Shown here: positions 37,713 through 50,634 of the stretch, piece after piece | How the letters are laid out: each line of letters opens with the position of its first letter | Position numbering within the stretch: the first letter of the stretch is position 1 | NCBI RefSeq assembly: GCF_018977255.1 | Contig: NW_024704742.1 | Location: 7,752,001 to 7,816,000, forward strand | DNA: 64,000 bases | Direction of reading: 5' to 3' | Origin: Callorhinchus milii | Lineage: Eukaryota | Position numbers and translations under genes: made by a program | Notes under the pieces: model-generated | The model's database searches: none | What the model was told of the DNA's origin: nothing | Seen by the model: the letters and a program-made list of their open reading frames with translations, nothing else

Positions 37713-38759
37713 TTTACAAACTTGGCTGCACTGAGATGTTCAATGCAGCTGAGGTTAACGATTGTTGTTACTGATATTCATTCAAATTCTTGGCGATGTC
37801 AGGCTTGAAAATTCCTCCTACTGGAGCTTTTTAAAACTGTGTTCTTGTTTAAATCATGAGCGTTAGTGACATAATTGGGAATCGGCTGAAAATAGCTAAA
37901 TAAGCATTCACTTAATTGATGGTGCTTGAACCCATAACGCAAACTCAGAGCTAACAACTGAGCCAGGCTGAGAAACCATAGTAAATAGCTTGATTATTTA
38001 GTATTCCTTCTTGAATTTAAAATTGAATTTAAGATTTTAAATTACAAATCTACCTCTTTGACCGTGCGTACGGTCATCTTTCCCTTCACCCCACCTTTCC
38101 ACCCGCAGTTCCAGTGGCACTCATTATTGTCAAGGTCTTCAGGATGTTCTCCCGACCTGAAAAGTGCTATATTAGTGTAAATTGTATAGTGTTGTATATT
38201 TAAAATCCTCAGTGGAAACCAGCATTGAAAGTGGCAATGACGTTCCTTGCAAATCAACCGTCAGCGTCTAAAAAAAATTCCCCTGTCTGCTCTGTGTTGC
38301 ATTCACATGGGAGATAACAAAGTCAGCAATAATGAATGAAAATGTACACTGCTGTCGTAAGCTCCAGCACGCAATGGCTATTTCAGTTCAAGGAGACCTG
38401 AGCGCCACACTTCTCACCAGCTATTTTTATCACTTGATCATTTTTAGAACAAATGAAAGCACTCTGAGGCATCCTTCTGATGTAAAGGGCGCTACTCAAA
38501 TGTAAGTTGTAACTGTAAAAATGTTAACCGCATTTATAAATGTAAATAGTTAAAGTTTCTCTTGCTTGTTCCACCTTCCACAAATTGTGGTTCAGTGCTT
38601 AATCACATTGTATTGCTTTTTCTTAGGGTTTCATGTTACCTTCCCTGAGATAATTCTCCAGATAAATTGCTTTTTGCTTCATCGCTGTGCACAAATTGAC
38701 TGCCACATTTACCTACAAATATAGTCACTATCTCTGAAACAAGATGTTTTGGTCTTATA

Positions 38760-39175
38760 GTTGACCCCCACCCTTTGGAACTCCATCCCACATTCCCTTT
38801 GTCTTACTCCCTCACTTGCCTCCTTCAAGGCTCGTCTCAAGACCCTCCATTTCTACTATACCTCCGGCCTACTCCAATCCCCCCCCTCCTGCCCCCCACA
38901 ATTACACCCCACCACTCGGATCCAAATCCCTGACTGTCCAGCGCCTTGGGACATCCTCCCAATGCGAAAGGATTATGAACCAGGGTGACTGTATTCATCA
39001 AGTCCTGGATGAGCGCTAACTTTTTTCAGGTGAGTGTCAACAAGACCGAGGCCCTTCTGCTTGGCTCCCATCAGCGCTTCCGCACCCCAGGTGCTGACAG
39101 CATCACCATCCAAGGATGCCCACTCCATCTTATTAAGCCGGTCCGGAACCTTGGCAACTAGTTTGACCATCAACT
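38760..39175 (+). mobile_element. Two L2 fragments
   Basis: PTLWNSIPHSLCLTPSLASFKARLKT with 3' stem, then SWMSANFFQVSVNKTEALLLG. Confidence 0.8.
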
Positions 39176-39214
39176 ATTCTGACGATTCTAAAGGGGCAAA
39201 ACAATATAGATCAT

Positions 39215-39536
39215 GGATTCAACTTGTCCAGAATAGTAAAACCAGAGGACACGGCCTGCAATTGAAGGGGAGTAAATTCAGAACAAATCTATGTAAACTG
39301 TATTTCAGTGAGCGAATAGTGAACTTGTGGAACAGGCTCCCTAGGGAGACGGTTGAAGCAGGAAGTGTTGATTCTTTCAAATACAGATTAGATAGTTTTG
39401 TTTTAGGCAATAACATTGTGCGATATAGTACATAGGGAGTTTGGGATATATGTGCGTGCAACCACCGGGAAGGTGGAAGGCGAAAGACCTTGGGCTTTTT
39501 TTGTGTAGCATTTCTTATGTTCTTACGTTCTTATGT
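39215..39536 (+). mobile_element. CR1-type LINE 3' fragment
   Basis: TRGHGLQLKGSKFRTNLCKLYFSERIVNLWNRLPRETVEAGSVDSFKYRLD; (TTCTTATG)n tail. Confidence 0.9.
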
Positions 39537-39792
39537 CATCACCGCACATGTAATTTTTTCTCTTAATGAAAGCATCACCGGTTTTACATTGTATTTTAAT
39601 AACATGACACAGGACTGCAAATGAATTAGAAACTAATTAAAAAGACTTGTGTTGTTGACTGATTTATTTCAAGGCCATCAGCTTCTACTTTACAATATCA
39701 GGGCTTTCCGAGAATGGAATAAAATGTGTTGCTGTTGATCTGTAGAATAGCCAAAGAGGCCGTATATTTTAAAAAAGGGGCCAACTTTTGAG

Positions 39793-40077
39793 AGAGCTGA
39801 GTTCAATTCCAGGCAGGGCGAAACCTTGGGCAAGTTTCCTTACTCCACACAGAGCCTAATAATAATCCCTCCAAAACCAAAACCAATAATAAATTGGTCA
39901 TTTTCAATCTACGACTGTTTGTGGGACATTGCTGTGCGCAATTGGCTGCTGCGTTCGCCCACAAATATACAGTCAATTCACTTTACAGTGTGTTCTGTGA
40001 AGCGCTTTGGGACGTCCTCCCGACGTGAAAAGCGCTATATCAAATGCAAGGATTATTATTATTATTATTATTATTAT
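39793..40077 (+). mobile_element. Young SINE, 5'-truncated at the B box
   Basis: Near-identical to the 34229 and 36102 copies. Confidence 0.93.
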
Positions 40078-40799
40078 AACTTCCTTCTTATTCACATAAC
40101 TCAATATTCTGCATGGCAAAATATTCCATTTATCACTTTTGTTCATTCCGCCAAGTGAGTGAGTTTTTATTTTTTCAGTGTTTTAAGAGATTACAACGAT
40201 ATCAGGTTCCCTTCTTAAAAAGAATAGTTACAAAGAATTATGTTGAGTTTCAATGACCTTCTGGTGTGGATATCAGGGTTACTGGCTTGAACGAACTATT
40301 GAACTTGTCACATATGAGGCAGCTGCATTAATGGGTTAATGATATAAATCAAAACTATTCTTGGGTTAATCATACGACTTTGGTTGCCTCACGTTGTAAA
40401 TCTCTATAACCCATTCAAGCCACTTCCCCTCACCCTCTGCAAACTCCCAAAGTATCTTTAACACTCACAATTTATATTCAGTGCTCACATATCAAAAAAA
40501 TCCCTACTCCCACAGAAATAACGAGAGACCACAAAAAGGCTGACCACAAACAGTGTGAATAAAATATTATCAATCTCCGAGCTTTTATAGATACACTGAG
40601 TTCCACGATACCCTACTATAACAGTCACCTCCGCTCCCTCAAATCCTGAACTTTGAAGTAAATTACGCCTTTATTTCTAATTGAAATTACGTCAGCGTTT
40701 TTGGCCATTGGGTACTCATCTCCTGGTACATATGACCAGGTTAAATCAAATCCATCTCAACCGCATATTTCATTGGAGTCACGTTCCCTACTTACTACC

Positions 40800-41369
40800 C
40801 AGTCCAAATAAATATCAAATAGACTGCCGTTCAAGGTGCTTTTAAGACAGAGCACACTCTATTCCATCACTGAATTTATTGTGTGTTGACTGTATCTGTT
40901 GCAGGTTTGCTTGCAGCCAAAGGATCCAATATGGAATGAAGATTGACGCACAGACAGACATTCTGTTTTTATCTATACACAGCTGGGAGGAAGGACTCCT
41001 GTGGAAGGACTCCTTTTAGGATGACTCTTGTGGGAGGACTCCTGTGGGAGGACTCCTATCAAAGCTACGCTAACCGAAGGGGTTTACCGTGTGCGATCCG
41101 GCAGGTTCTCGTGTAATTGCAAGGCTTCGGGGTAAACAACATTTTCCTCCATTGACCATAATATACAGGTTTTGAGATGAAACCACACATAAAACTGTCC
41201 ATGGGAAAAGCAGGGTATATTCAAGAAAAGGCCAGCAACCTTTAAGCTCTCTGCCTGTACCTTGACCTTTCCGATGAGGTATAAATCATGCCTCTATGTC
41301 AATTGGTTATTTCGTTATTGGCGGAAACACAGACACACAAACAGGCACTTCGCCTTTATTAGTATAGAT
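40800..41369 (+). mobile_element. Possible non-autonomous Helentron (HINE/DINE-1-like) element; 5' end uncertain
   Basis: 3' end acacagacacacaaacaggcacttcgcctttattagtatagat|t; internal 14-bp tandem array at 40989-41057; a second end-like motif at 40949-40977. Confidence 0.45.
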
Positions 41370-41569
41370 TAGAGCTATCCAACAAGCGACTTATACAAGT
41401 GTATTTTCATTCTCTCTTGCAAAATCCCTGCAACTTCTCATATTGTAATGGCCTGGCTTCTGAGCCTCTCTCCCAGCCTCACTCATCCACTCTTTGCAAA
41501 TATATAATTGTATTTCATACTTTGTTTCAATAACAGGTAGAACAAAGGACCATCGATATTTATCGTATA

Positions 41570-41800
41570 GATATAGAATAGGTAGAACATTGGAACCATA
41601 GATATTTGCATTTGGCACATTTGGCTCTTTGAAAAAGCAATCCATTCAGTCCCATTTACTTGCTTTTTCCTTATTTTCCTGTAAATTATTCTTTTTTTTC
41701 CGATATCTGTCTAGTTCCTTCTTGAAAGCTAAATTGGATCCTGGCTTGATCACTGCAACCAGGAAGACATTCTCCATCCTAACAACTCTCCGTGCAAAAT
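41570..41800 (-). mobile_element. Decayed CR1 3' fragment
   Basis: Resembles 14420-14660 (ggctctttgaaaaagcaatccattcagtccc; ccatcctaacaactctccgtgcaaaa). Confidence 0.7.
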
Positions 41801-41887
41801 AATTCTCCTGTACTTCAGAAAGCCGAATGTAAAATATATTTTACTCTAAAAGATTTTTTGGGAGGAAATGACTGCATCTTTGAACGA

Positions 41888-42300
41888 ATAGTTAGCAGCA
41901 CTCACATCTCTGACACTGTAAGCTGTGGATTCAACACCCACATTGGGACTTGGCCCTCACAGTCTAGACCGACTCTCCAATGCAGCGCTGCAGGAGTGCT
42001 GCATTGTTGGAGGTGCGTTCTTCGGATGAGACGTTAAACAGAGTCTGCCTGTTTAGGTACGCATTAAACATCCCATGTTACGAGTCAATATGGGAAGTAT
42101 CTCTCATTGTCCTGGCTAACAATTCCCCAGATAAAAATGGTCACTCACTTCAGGGTTGTTTGTGAGATATTGCTGTTTGCAAGTTGGCTCGCCTGTTTGC
42201 CTTCAAATCCACAGTCACTAAAGTAAAAGTGAAGTGCTTTGAGACATCTTGATGACGGGATTTGGCTTCATATCAAATGCAAGGATTATTATTATTATCA
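41888..42300 (+). mobile_element. Near full-length old DeuSINE (SacSINE1/AmnSINE1-type domain)
   Basis: ggagtgctgcattgttggaggtgc..ttcggatgagacgttaaac...tgtcctggctaaca...ttgtttgtgagatattgctgt, and the same tail as the young SINE. Confidence 0.82.
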
Positions 42301-43652
42301 TTATCAATTTTTATTGCAGTTCATTCTGGACTTGCAGTTGGTGCGAATCTCCGACTAGAGTGATAGAAAATGCAAATCAATTTAATGCTTAGAACTGTTC
42401 AATCCCTGTTGAATTATTCTACTGAAAATATACTGTAACTAGTCTAATATAAGGCCAGATTGTCAGAAAGCTGTTAAATCAAATGCAGCTGCCTTTGTAT
42501 CCAAAATAAGTTTGCATAACTTAGGTTCAGCTGATCGGGTCAGGATCCTCAAGCATCTCTTTTGAACAATTTTCAAGGTAATTATTCATGACAGTCACTG
42601 ATCTCAGTCTCATTGCCGTGGCCTAATGTGATAACTATCTTTTATAGCCCCTCACACTTTGATCACAGAGGGAGTATAAGCGCAAAAGCTCTCAGAAGCA
42701 CACTCGCTGATTATTATAGGATATTTCGCAATTTATAATAATCTGTGCATTTGACAGTCAATTTGGTTTAATTAAAAACATTGTGAGAAAAATGATTGCA
42801 AAACAATGAAGGAAAATTGGACCAAGCTCTTTCAGGATAATGGTTTCAAAATCCCAGCGCAGGTGTTTCATTCCCCGTCGTTCATTTGCATTTTGTAGGT
42901 GCCGTGCTTCACATCGGGATCTCAGTGCAGCCTCGCTTTTGTCTGACGATCACATTCTATCGAGTTTTATGATACACAATTTGCCAGAATGTTTGGTGAT
43001 TAGTATCTAGCTGTTCTTTGATGAGACGCTTTGACAAGGGCCAGCTCAGGATTTTCCTGAAAGGGAAGCCTCTGGTTTCCGTGACATTCTACTTTGCTTC
43101 CTTTGATATGTCGAGTGCAGTTTGATCAAATACTCAGAGATGTATAAATGCCCCAGGGCCCTATTCTAGATATGTACTTGCACCAGAATGATCTCAAAAG
43201 CAGCACTGAACTCATGCACTGCGTCCTGTATGGTTCTTTTGTGTAGGACATTGAGGCATTCCATTTAATTTGTATTGTAATGTATTTGCTTGGCGTCATT
43301 TGTGTTACATTCTCTGTTGTATTATAAAGAACTACGAGAAAGTATATTGCTGTGTTATTGTTAAAGCTTTATTTTATAATGTTATATATATATTAAAATA
43401 ATTACTTTTCATGAACAGTGAAAACGTTGTCTCATGCCAGCTTTAATCTGTTTTTAAGCTATCTTATATTTCGATTCTTAGGATTCCTTTCATTAGTCTA
43501 GTTACGAGAGCTTGACTTGCTTCTGTCTGTTGTACTCTTCATTTTGCTGTTAGATGCACCAAAGAGTATCTCTTGCTTATTTGTGAGACATTGCTGTGCG
43601 CAAATTGGCTGCCACGTTCGCCCACAAAACACACAGTCACTACACTTTACAG

Positions 43653-43740
43653 CAGTGGTGGCCAATCCTTTTGGTCTGCCAACAAATTAAATTTTGAATT
43701 GAATATTTCTTGATTTCTTAAAGTAGGTTGGACACCACTA
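43653..43740. mobile_element. 88-bp hAT (Charlie-type) MITE inserted in a DeuSINE fragment (43580-43830)
   Basis: TIRs cagtggtggccaatcct / aggttggacaccacta; decayed 8-bp TSD ctttacag / ctttatcg; the host SINE reads through when the element is removed. Confidence 0.7.
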
Positions 43741-44459
43741 CTTTATCGTACATTCTGAGAATGCTTTGGGACATCCTCCTGATGTGAAATGTGCTGAACC
43801 AAACATATGAATTATTATTATTATTATTATCTTGAGTTACTTATCTGGTGATTTCCACTAACTTCCTGCTAACAAGCATTCTGCTTTCAATTCTATTTTG
43901 TTCCCTGTTTTAATGCACTGGTTTAACCTGAGTTTATTTGAAACAGATGATGGTGCATTTCCCCCATTTGATTGCATTCAGCTCTTCACAGTCAGCATGT
44001 GGGGGAAACAATTGTAGAACACATGCCAGTGTCCCAGTGTTAGAGAAATGATTAGCTGTGCTAGGGCTCTTCACTTTTCAAAGCAGGTTGTATATAAGAT
44101 TTTAAATAGGATTGAAAAAGTAATGCAGAACAATAGTTACACCAATCAGATACACCAAGGCAGCAAAACTAGAAGGCGCAGGTTTATGGTTACAAAGGGC
44201 AAGACTTTTTTCACCCATAAATCTGAACAGGTTATCAGGAAGAGTAGCCAAGAAACTGGACTCATTTAAAAAAAAGCTTGATGCTATGATGGGTGTATTG
44301 GAAGGATGCTATCAAATGGGCCAAAGGGCCTTCTTCATCCAAACCAATCTTGTGATCTTGTGAGTGATTTGTGGGTTCCTTCTGACGGTGTAGATGTCCC
44401 TGGCAGATTGTTTTCCCCATGTAGTAGCCAAAAATACAAATCTACACTCCCTATCTACA

Positions 44460-44770
44460 CTTCACCCACAAAATATACAGTCAATTTACTTTACAGTATA
44501 TAGCTGTGAAGCTCTTCGAGACATTTTGAAGACGTGATAAGACGCTATATCAAATGCAAGGATTATTATTATTATTGAACAGGCAGCCAATTGCACACAG
44601 CAGTGTCCCACAAACAGTCATGAATTGAAAATGACCAATTTATTATTGTTTTTGGAGGGATTATTATTAGGCGTTGTGGTAAGGAAACTTGCCCAAGGTT
44701 TCGCTCTGCCTGGAATTGAACCCAGGTGTCTCGCTTGCAAGGCGAGTGCTCTAACCACTAAGGACTCCAC
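44460..44770. mobile_element. SINE 3' half (+, 44460-44576) abutting SINE 5' half (-, 44582-44770)
   Basis: Family match, in opposite orientations. Confidence 0.88.
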
Positions 44771-45206
44771 AGGGATGGGATGTTGAGGAAGAAATGATTA
44801 ACCCAATCCCAGAGGGTCATGCCGTCCATCAAAAGAGGAGCATGTAAAACAATGTCAAATCCTGGATGAGCACAATGGCTACAGAAATCACCAGGCTATG
44901 TAACCCCCATTGAATTGTAGAGGCTTTAGCAAACAAATTGGCTCCATCCTTAAGCACACTTCCCCGCTCTATGTAGACCCATGACATCAAAACCAGAGCA
45001 TTACTGAATCCCATGGACTCTTCTGCCTGTATAGTGGAAGTCGTACCATGTATTACAAAGCATTAGGTATCACAAAGCATTGGGTATCACTTGCAAAGAT
45101 TGGGGAGAAAGAAACATGATGCAAGATCCTCTTTTGAATTAACAGTAAAAAGCAAATTGCATTAAGTCTGCTGTATAATTATTTCTTCCCTCAACATCCC
45201 ATTCCC

Positions 45207-45526
45207 GTGGAGTCCTGTAGCTCAGTGGTTAGAGCACTCGCTTTGGAAGCGAGACACCTGAGTTCAATTCCAGGCAGAGCGAAACCCTGGGCAAGTTTCC
45301 TTACTCCACACAGAGCTTAATAATAATCCCTCCAAAAAACAAAACAATAATAAATTGGTCATATTCAATCCACGACTGTTTGTGGGACATTGCTGTGCGC
45401 AATTGGCTGCTGTGTTTCGCCAACAAATATACGGTCAATTCACTTTACAGTATATTCTGTAAGGAAATTTGAGACGTCGAGAAGACGTGAAAAGCGCTAT
45501 ATCAAATGCAAGGATTATTATTATTA
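45207..45526 (+). mobile_element. Full-length SINE (short-CORE subfamily)
   Basis: Family match. Confidence 0.93.
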
Positions 45527-46149
45527 GTATCCCATCCGAGTTTAATAACAAACACTCACAAGCTGGTTCCTTCATTAGCTTTGCAATATCGATTTATGCT
45601 GGACTGAAAGTGATGTGTCGTGTCAATCCCTATATTTAGTTAACATTGGAAGCATGGGATGAGAGAGAACACACTCACAATCCCAAAGGTCACAAGCATG
45701 TACTGAATCAGTGCTGAAATGTGAAATAGCTAATTAACAGTCTTTAATTGTAGAATCGATTATGTAACATTTTTTTTGAATATAGTATGAACATGCCTCA
45801 ATGCTATCTTTTCACTTCTAGAAATTAATTCTAATGACGCACAAGAGAAAAATGAAAGTACCTCATATAGCTCATCCTTTTCTCTCTGACTCTCACAGCC
45901 CTGCAGTGAAGGAAATTTAGGCAAATCCTTTCCAGTGTTACAAACATATGGGGGCAGTGGTGGGGGTGGGGGGGGGAGGAGGAGAGTGGAGTGGAAACCA
46001 AGCCTGGATGTGAAAATGATCACTTGTGATTATTCACATCACAAACTGCTTTCCCTTCTCCCAACCCCCACAGGAGTCCATTATCAGAGAACTGTACACC
46101 CTTTCGTTTTTGGTTATTGCCTTTGTTTTGTAATCTTCTTCCAAGTGAA

Positions 46150-47400
46150 AGGGACTCGGAGGAGGGACTGCCTGGTCAATGAAGAAGATGCTCTTTTGAA
46201 GTTACGGCTATGGTTGCTGCACATTGCTGGAGCGATGGCGGGAGCGACCTTTCATTGTCTCTAACATACACCGCTCCTGACAGAGGAATTTGTGACGCTG
46301 TCACTGGCTGAGAAGTGAGAAAGCGTTCCCTCACTCCCATTCTCCCCCAAACTGTCATCTTTTATCTCAATGCGCCCACAGACCTCCCGCCCGCCCCCGA
46401 AGGAGAGAAAAGATGAAACGGAGTTGACCCTCGGGATCACAATGACGCTTCTGTGGAGCGAGGAAGCTAGACGCAAACGTTTTTTTTGGAAAAAGAAATT
46501 CAGAGACAGACTCAACTTTACGGGCTTGATTTGTGCTTATTCGTGTCCCAACTGTCCTAACAGTGAGCGAAGGGTGTCTGGCATTCGGAAGCCGTCGCTT
46601 GACTTCTTGCCAATCCAGAGTGGGCCCGAGGAAGTCTAGGAAATCGTTTAAAATCTAGAAAGCAGCGTCCAAAATAAAACGAGCCAGGGGCAGAGATGGC
46701 CTTTTTCAGATGTTAACCGATAGGTTGTTAGTAAATCTTTCTGTTTGCGGCGAGATGCGTTTACGAATGGCTGAATGATTTGTGACAGGCCGTGACAAAC
46801 ATTTCTAAATAAAGGTCAGGTTTGGTGCTGGAGGGTCACCCCATCCCATTCTCAACCGAAGTGAACTCACAGGATGTTCCCATCGCCCCCTCCCCACACA
46901 CACACACACACACACACATACACACAGGCAAGTGTCCCTTCGGCCGACCAGCAGCGCAGAGAGGGAAGAATGTAAGGTCACCCTCGGGTTCACGGTCATT
47001 CAGCAAATTGTTCCCCAGCGAGTCCTATTAAATATGAAAATCCACTCATTGTCTAAGACTGTCCTGATTGTTTCCTATCAAGCGAGCTTGGTCGCAGTGT
47101 AGCCATGACAACTGTAATGAGAAAAGCCACAGCGAAGAACATCATTAGGTTCCGTAAACAAGGAAGTTCACACTGCCATCCAAACAGGGAGCTCTGTCCA
47201 TGGTTTTTTTTTAAAATGCAAAGTACACTCTCGTCAACTCCCTCCCTCCCTCCCTCCCTCCCTGCGCCGTCTCCACGAAAAGGAATTAACCCCCCCCCCC
47301 TCGAGTTATCATTAATGTGAATATTTCTCGTGTTTTTGTTACGGGGAGGGGTTTGGGAGAGGAATCGACCCTGAAATTATCGATGAAAATACAAACTGTC
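46150..47400. promoter_or_regulatory. CpG-enriched, SINE-free candidate promoter region
   Basis: Raised CpG density, GC box cccgcccgcccc (~46386), CCAAT (~46610), no SINEs between 45530 and 48090. Confidence 0.5.
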
Positions 47401-47574
47401 CTATGGGATCTCACTCGTTATATCTTATTTTCTTGATTTTCTTTTGGGATAGGGGGTGGGGGAGGTGGTTTGTGGGGGGAGAGGAGAAAGAAGGTGATGT
47501 GGTGGTTTTGTTGTAGCGGGGAGGGTTTTCCATCGATTTCCAATTTTTTCCCGCAAGGGAGACTTTCTCCGCAG

Positions 47575-47911
47575 GTTCCCAAAGCAGAAGTGACAGCAAA
47601 ACAGCAAATTGCTGCTCTTCTCTATGGAGGCGTCCACGTTGTAGGGCTTTGACTTGGGAGAGAAACCTGACCATCATCTTTGACTCTGTTGGCCACTTCT
47701 CCATTGTTGTTGAAATGGAAGGTCACTTCATCAGTGTCACCACATCTAACCGCAGTGGCACGTCTTGGGATTGTTGGAGTTAAATTTCACGCTGCTGTTG
47801 ATGGAATATAAAAGCCACACTAACAGCAGCGATGGACTCCCGGACTGACTGACCTTGCGTCTGCCCACACAAAGATGCTCAAAGTTGAAATCTCCAACAA
47901 AAAATCGAGAG
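47575..47911 (+). other. Candidate 5' exon of an unidentified + strand gene; may end in a short coding start MLKVEISNKKSR (47875-47911, phase 1)
   Basis: Acceptor tttctccgcag|G at 47574/47575, strong donor GAG|gtaaga at 47911/47912, ATG at 47875 with A at -3, several short upstream ORFs. Confidence 0.45.
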
Positions 47912-49779
47912 GTAAGAAAATGTGATTTCTAAACACAGTAACTAATTATTCGCACACACACACACACACGCACACACACAAACACACACCAAAGCACCAA
48001 GTGACTTTTGAAAGAATAAATAATTCATAGTAAAATAGAAAAGGATAATCTTTTGGGAAAAAGCTAACTCTTTTAAGGCAATCTACCTTCCATGAATCAG
48101 TTTCGCACACAAAATATGCAGTCAATTCACTTTACAGTATATTCTGTGAAGCGCTTTAAGACATCTCGAAGATGTGAAAAGGTGTTATATCAAATGGAAG
48201 GATTATTATTATTATTATATCTCTTATTGTGAGAAAAGTGCAGGAAAGTAGAGCTCAGGTCAAGGAGAGTGTGGAATGTGATGATCAACATAGTGTGTTT
48301 ACTCTGAGGACTGGTTTTATTAAATTTTGAGAATACCAATGGCAGTCGACTGGAGAAGAGCAGCAATTTGCTGCATCATTGTACCCATTAGTATTTCCAA
48401 GATGGTAGATATGAAAAAAGCAACAGTACATAGACTATTTTCTTTCCTTCGTCTAATTGATAAGACATCTGGTTTCCAAACCTCTCCTCTTATCTGATGG
48501 TGTGATGTGTGAGAAGAACACTGTTTCTCCCTCCTACTTTTCTTTCCTCCCTCCAAGAAAACTTCTTATATCTTATAGACCAAGCATACAGGGATATCAT
48601 AGCTGCAACTGATTTAGTCATCATGGGAAGAAAACCCATAAAAACTCAAGCCCATCAATTTATCCCACAGTCACCACTCCACCAACTCACCTGTCAGATG
48701 TGATTAAGAATCAGCTATCAATTACCTACGTTTGCTCACAAATACACAGTCACTACACTTTACCGAAAGCTCTGAGACGTTTCGACGTGATATGGCATCA
48801 CATCAAATGCAAGGTTTATTTTCTCCATTACTTATTCGGAAACAAAAGTTTCTATCACATAGGACATCTCTGTAGGTGTAAACCGTACTATTTCTACATT
48901 AACAATTTCTACCACCATCAAAGAGTGCAGCTATCAAATATTTAATGAGCGGCACAGTATGAAGCAGCCGCACATTGCAGATTTAGCCTACAGCAGAAAT
49001 TCTAACCTAAATGAATTAATTGCAAGTCTAATCTTAATAGGTAATGGTATCAAGCCCTTCCACTTCTAATTCAATATCCTTAAGCAATTGGGGCAGAAGT
49101 TTTACATGTTATTTCCTACTGATTAAAGAATTTTTTTTGATCAATGCCCATACTCCCCTTTTCTCTTCTGTCAGTGCTTTTGGTACCGAGTAGCTGAACT
49201 ACATACTCTGGGTTCATATAGGCCTACTCAGCTCTTCACTCTGTTGGGATCAATACAATGAATGTCCCACATAAGATATTTTAAAAAGGAGTAAACTACA
49301 GGGGTGTGGGGAAAAGGCATTGAAAAAATTGCTCTTTAATAAACAGCACAAACACAATTTCTATAGTTCGAGGCCTAAATATATCCTATATTGGGGTTGG
49401 TCTCTATACAGTTAAACTGGTTCAGAGGAGAAACATCTGGCAAATCCAGAGAGACATGCAGTAACCCAAGTTTGTAGTTGTTAGGTGACCAGACTGTCCA
49501 TTTCATCTCTAAAGATTTGGAAGTGTAGTTATACCCTGAAGGCTGCTAAGCTGTGATGGAAGGTGGTGGGGAGGGCTTCTGGTTCTGGTTAAATGCCAGT
49601 GTAATTATTTTTTTTTATCTTGAGAGGGATAGAGGGACAGTCAGTGCCTGTGCTGCTCTCTGACTGAGCAATTGATTGCAACATTTTGCAGCGTGAGAGA
49701 GACCTGTATTCCAAAGCTTTTAATCGGCCTAAAGTTGAAAAACGCTGCACCAGCAGAATGAGATCGAGTCCTGTGCCCA

Positions 49780-50020
49780 ATCCTCCCATGTATGTTCGTC
49801 ATTCCAATCAGACACCACGGATAGAATTCAATGTGATTTAACCTTGAAGTCGCCAGCAGCTGGATAGAGTAGGTTACCAGGAAGTGGGGGGAGGCCAGGG
49901 CGGTGGAATCATTTAAGAAAACAGCTTGATGTTGCAATGAGGAACACTTAGGTTAGGTAATCGGAAGGGTGAGATCAACTGAGGGCCTTCGTCATCTGAA
50001 CCTCTCTTGTAATCTTGTGA
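49780..50020 (+). mobile_element. Decayed CR1 3' fragment
   Basis: ttaccaggaagtgggggaggccagggcggtggaatcatttaagaaaacagcttgat (LP..V.EA...ESFKKQLD-like), plus a 3' UTR remnant like that at 44305-44360. Confidence 0.6.
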
Positions 50021-50634
50021 AATCAATCAGCCTTCTCTGTCAATGCAGTAAAGATAAAATGAGCGTGATATTAACGTCTCTTATAGAAACCAGAGAAATT
50101 TACAGCACAGAAAACGGTCATTTGGCCCATTTTGTCCTTGCGGGATCAATCCTTTCAGTCCCATCCACTTAACCTTTTACCCTCCCTCGGTAGGTTACCA
50201 ACATCTATAACATGCGATTGTTAGAAGGCTTGCCAAAAAATATTTTTCATTAAAAATTAAAAATGTGGAATGAAAAAAGGTGATGTGCACCGTTGAAACT
50301 CATTCCTTCCACAGACACAAGCTAAACATAATCTATCGTGAACTCCACTCCACATAGTGTGAGTACTGGTGACTTTACTGAGCTTTACTGAGTGCTTCTG
50401 AATCTCCAATAGTCAGTGTGTCAAATTAGAGCCTCACACATCAAGGGCAGAAAATCACTCTCTCTCCCACACACACTACCCCCACCCTCCCAAAAGAAAA
50501 CTTCTGCACAAGCTCTCCTTAATCCTGAAAGATTACCAACTAAAACTCCAGAATATTTACCATCATCTACATCTCCTATGGTTTAAACTGATCTACAGGA
50601 CTCAGTTTACACTGAGCTACACTTAGTTTACATT

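Noticed and set aside
40989..41057. Short regular repeats suggestive of a CRISPR array
   Set aside because: Contiguous 14-bp tandem units with no spacers, in vertebrate DNA.
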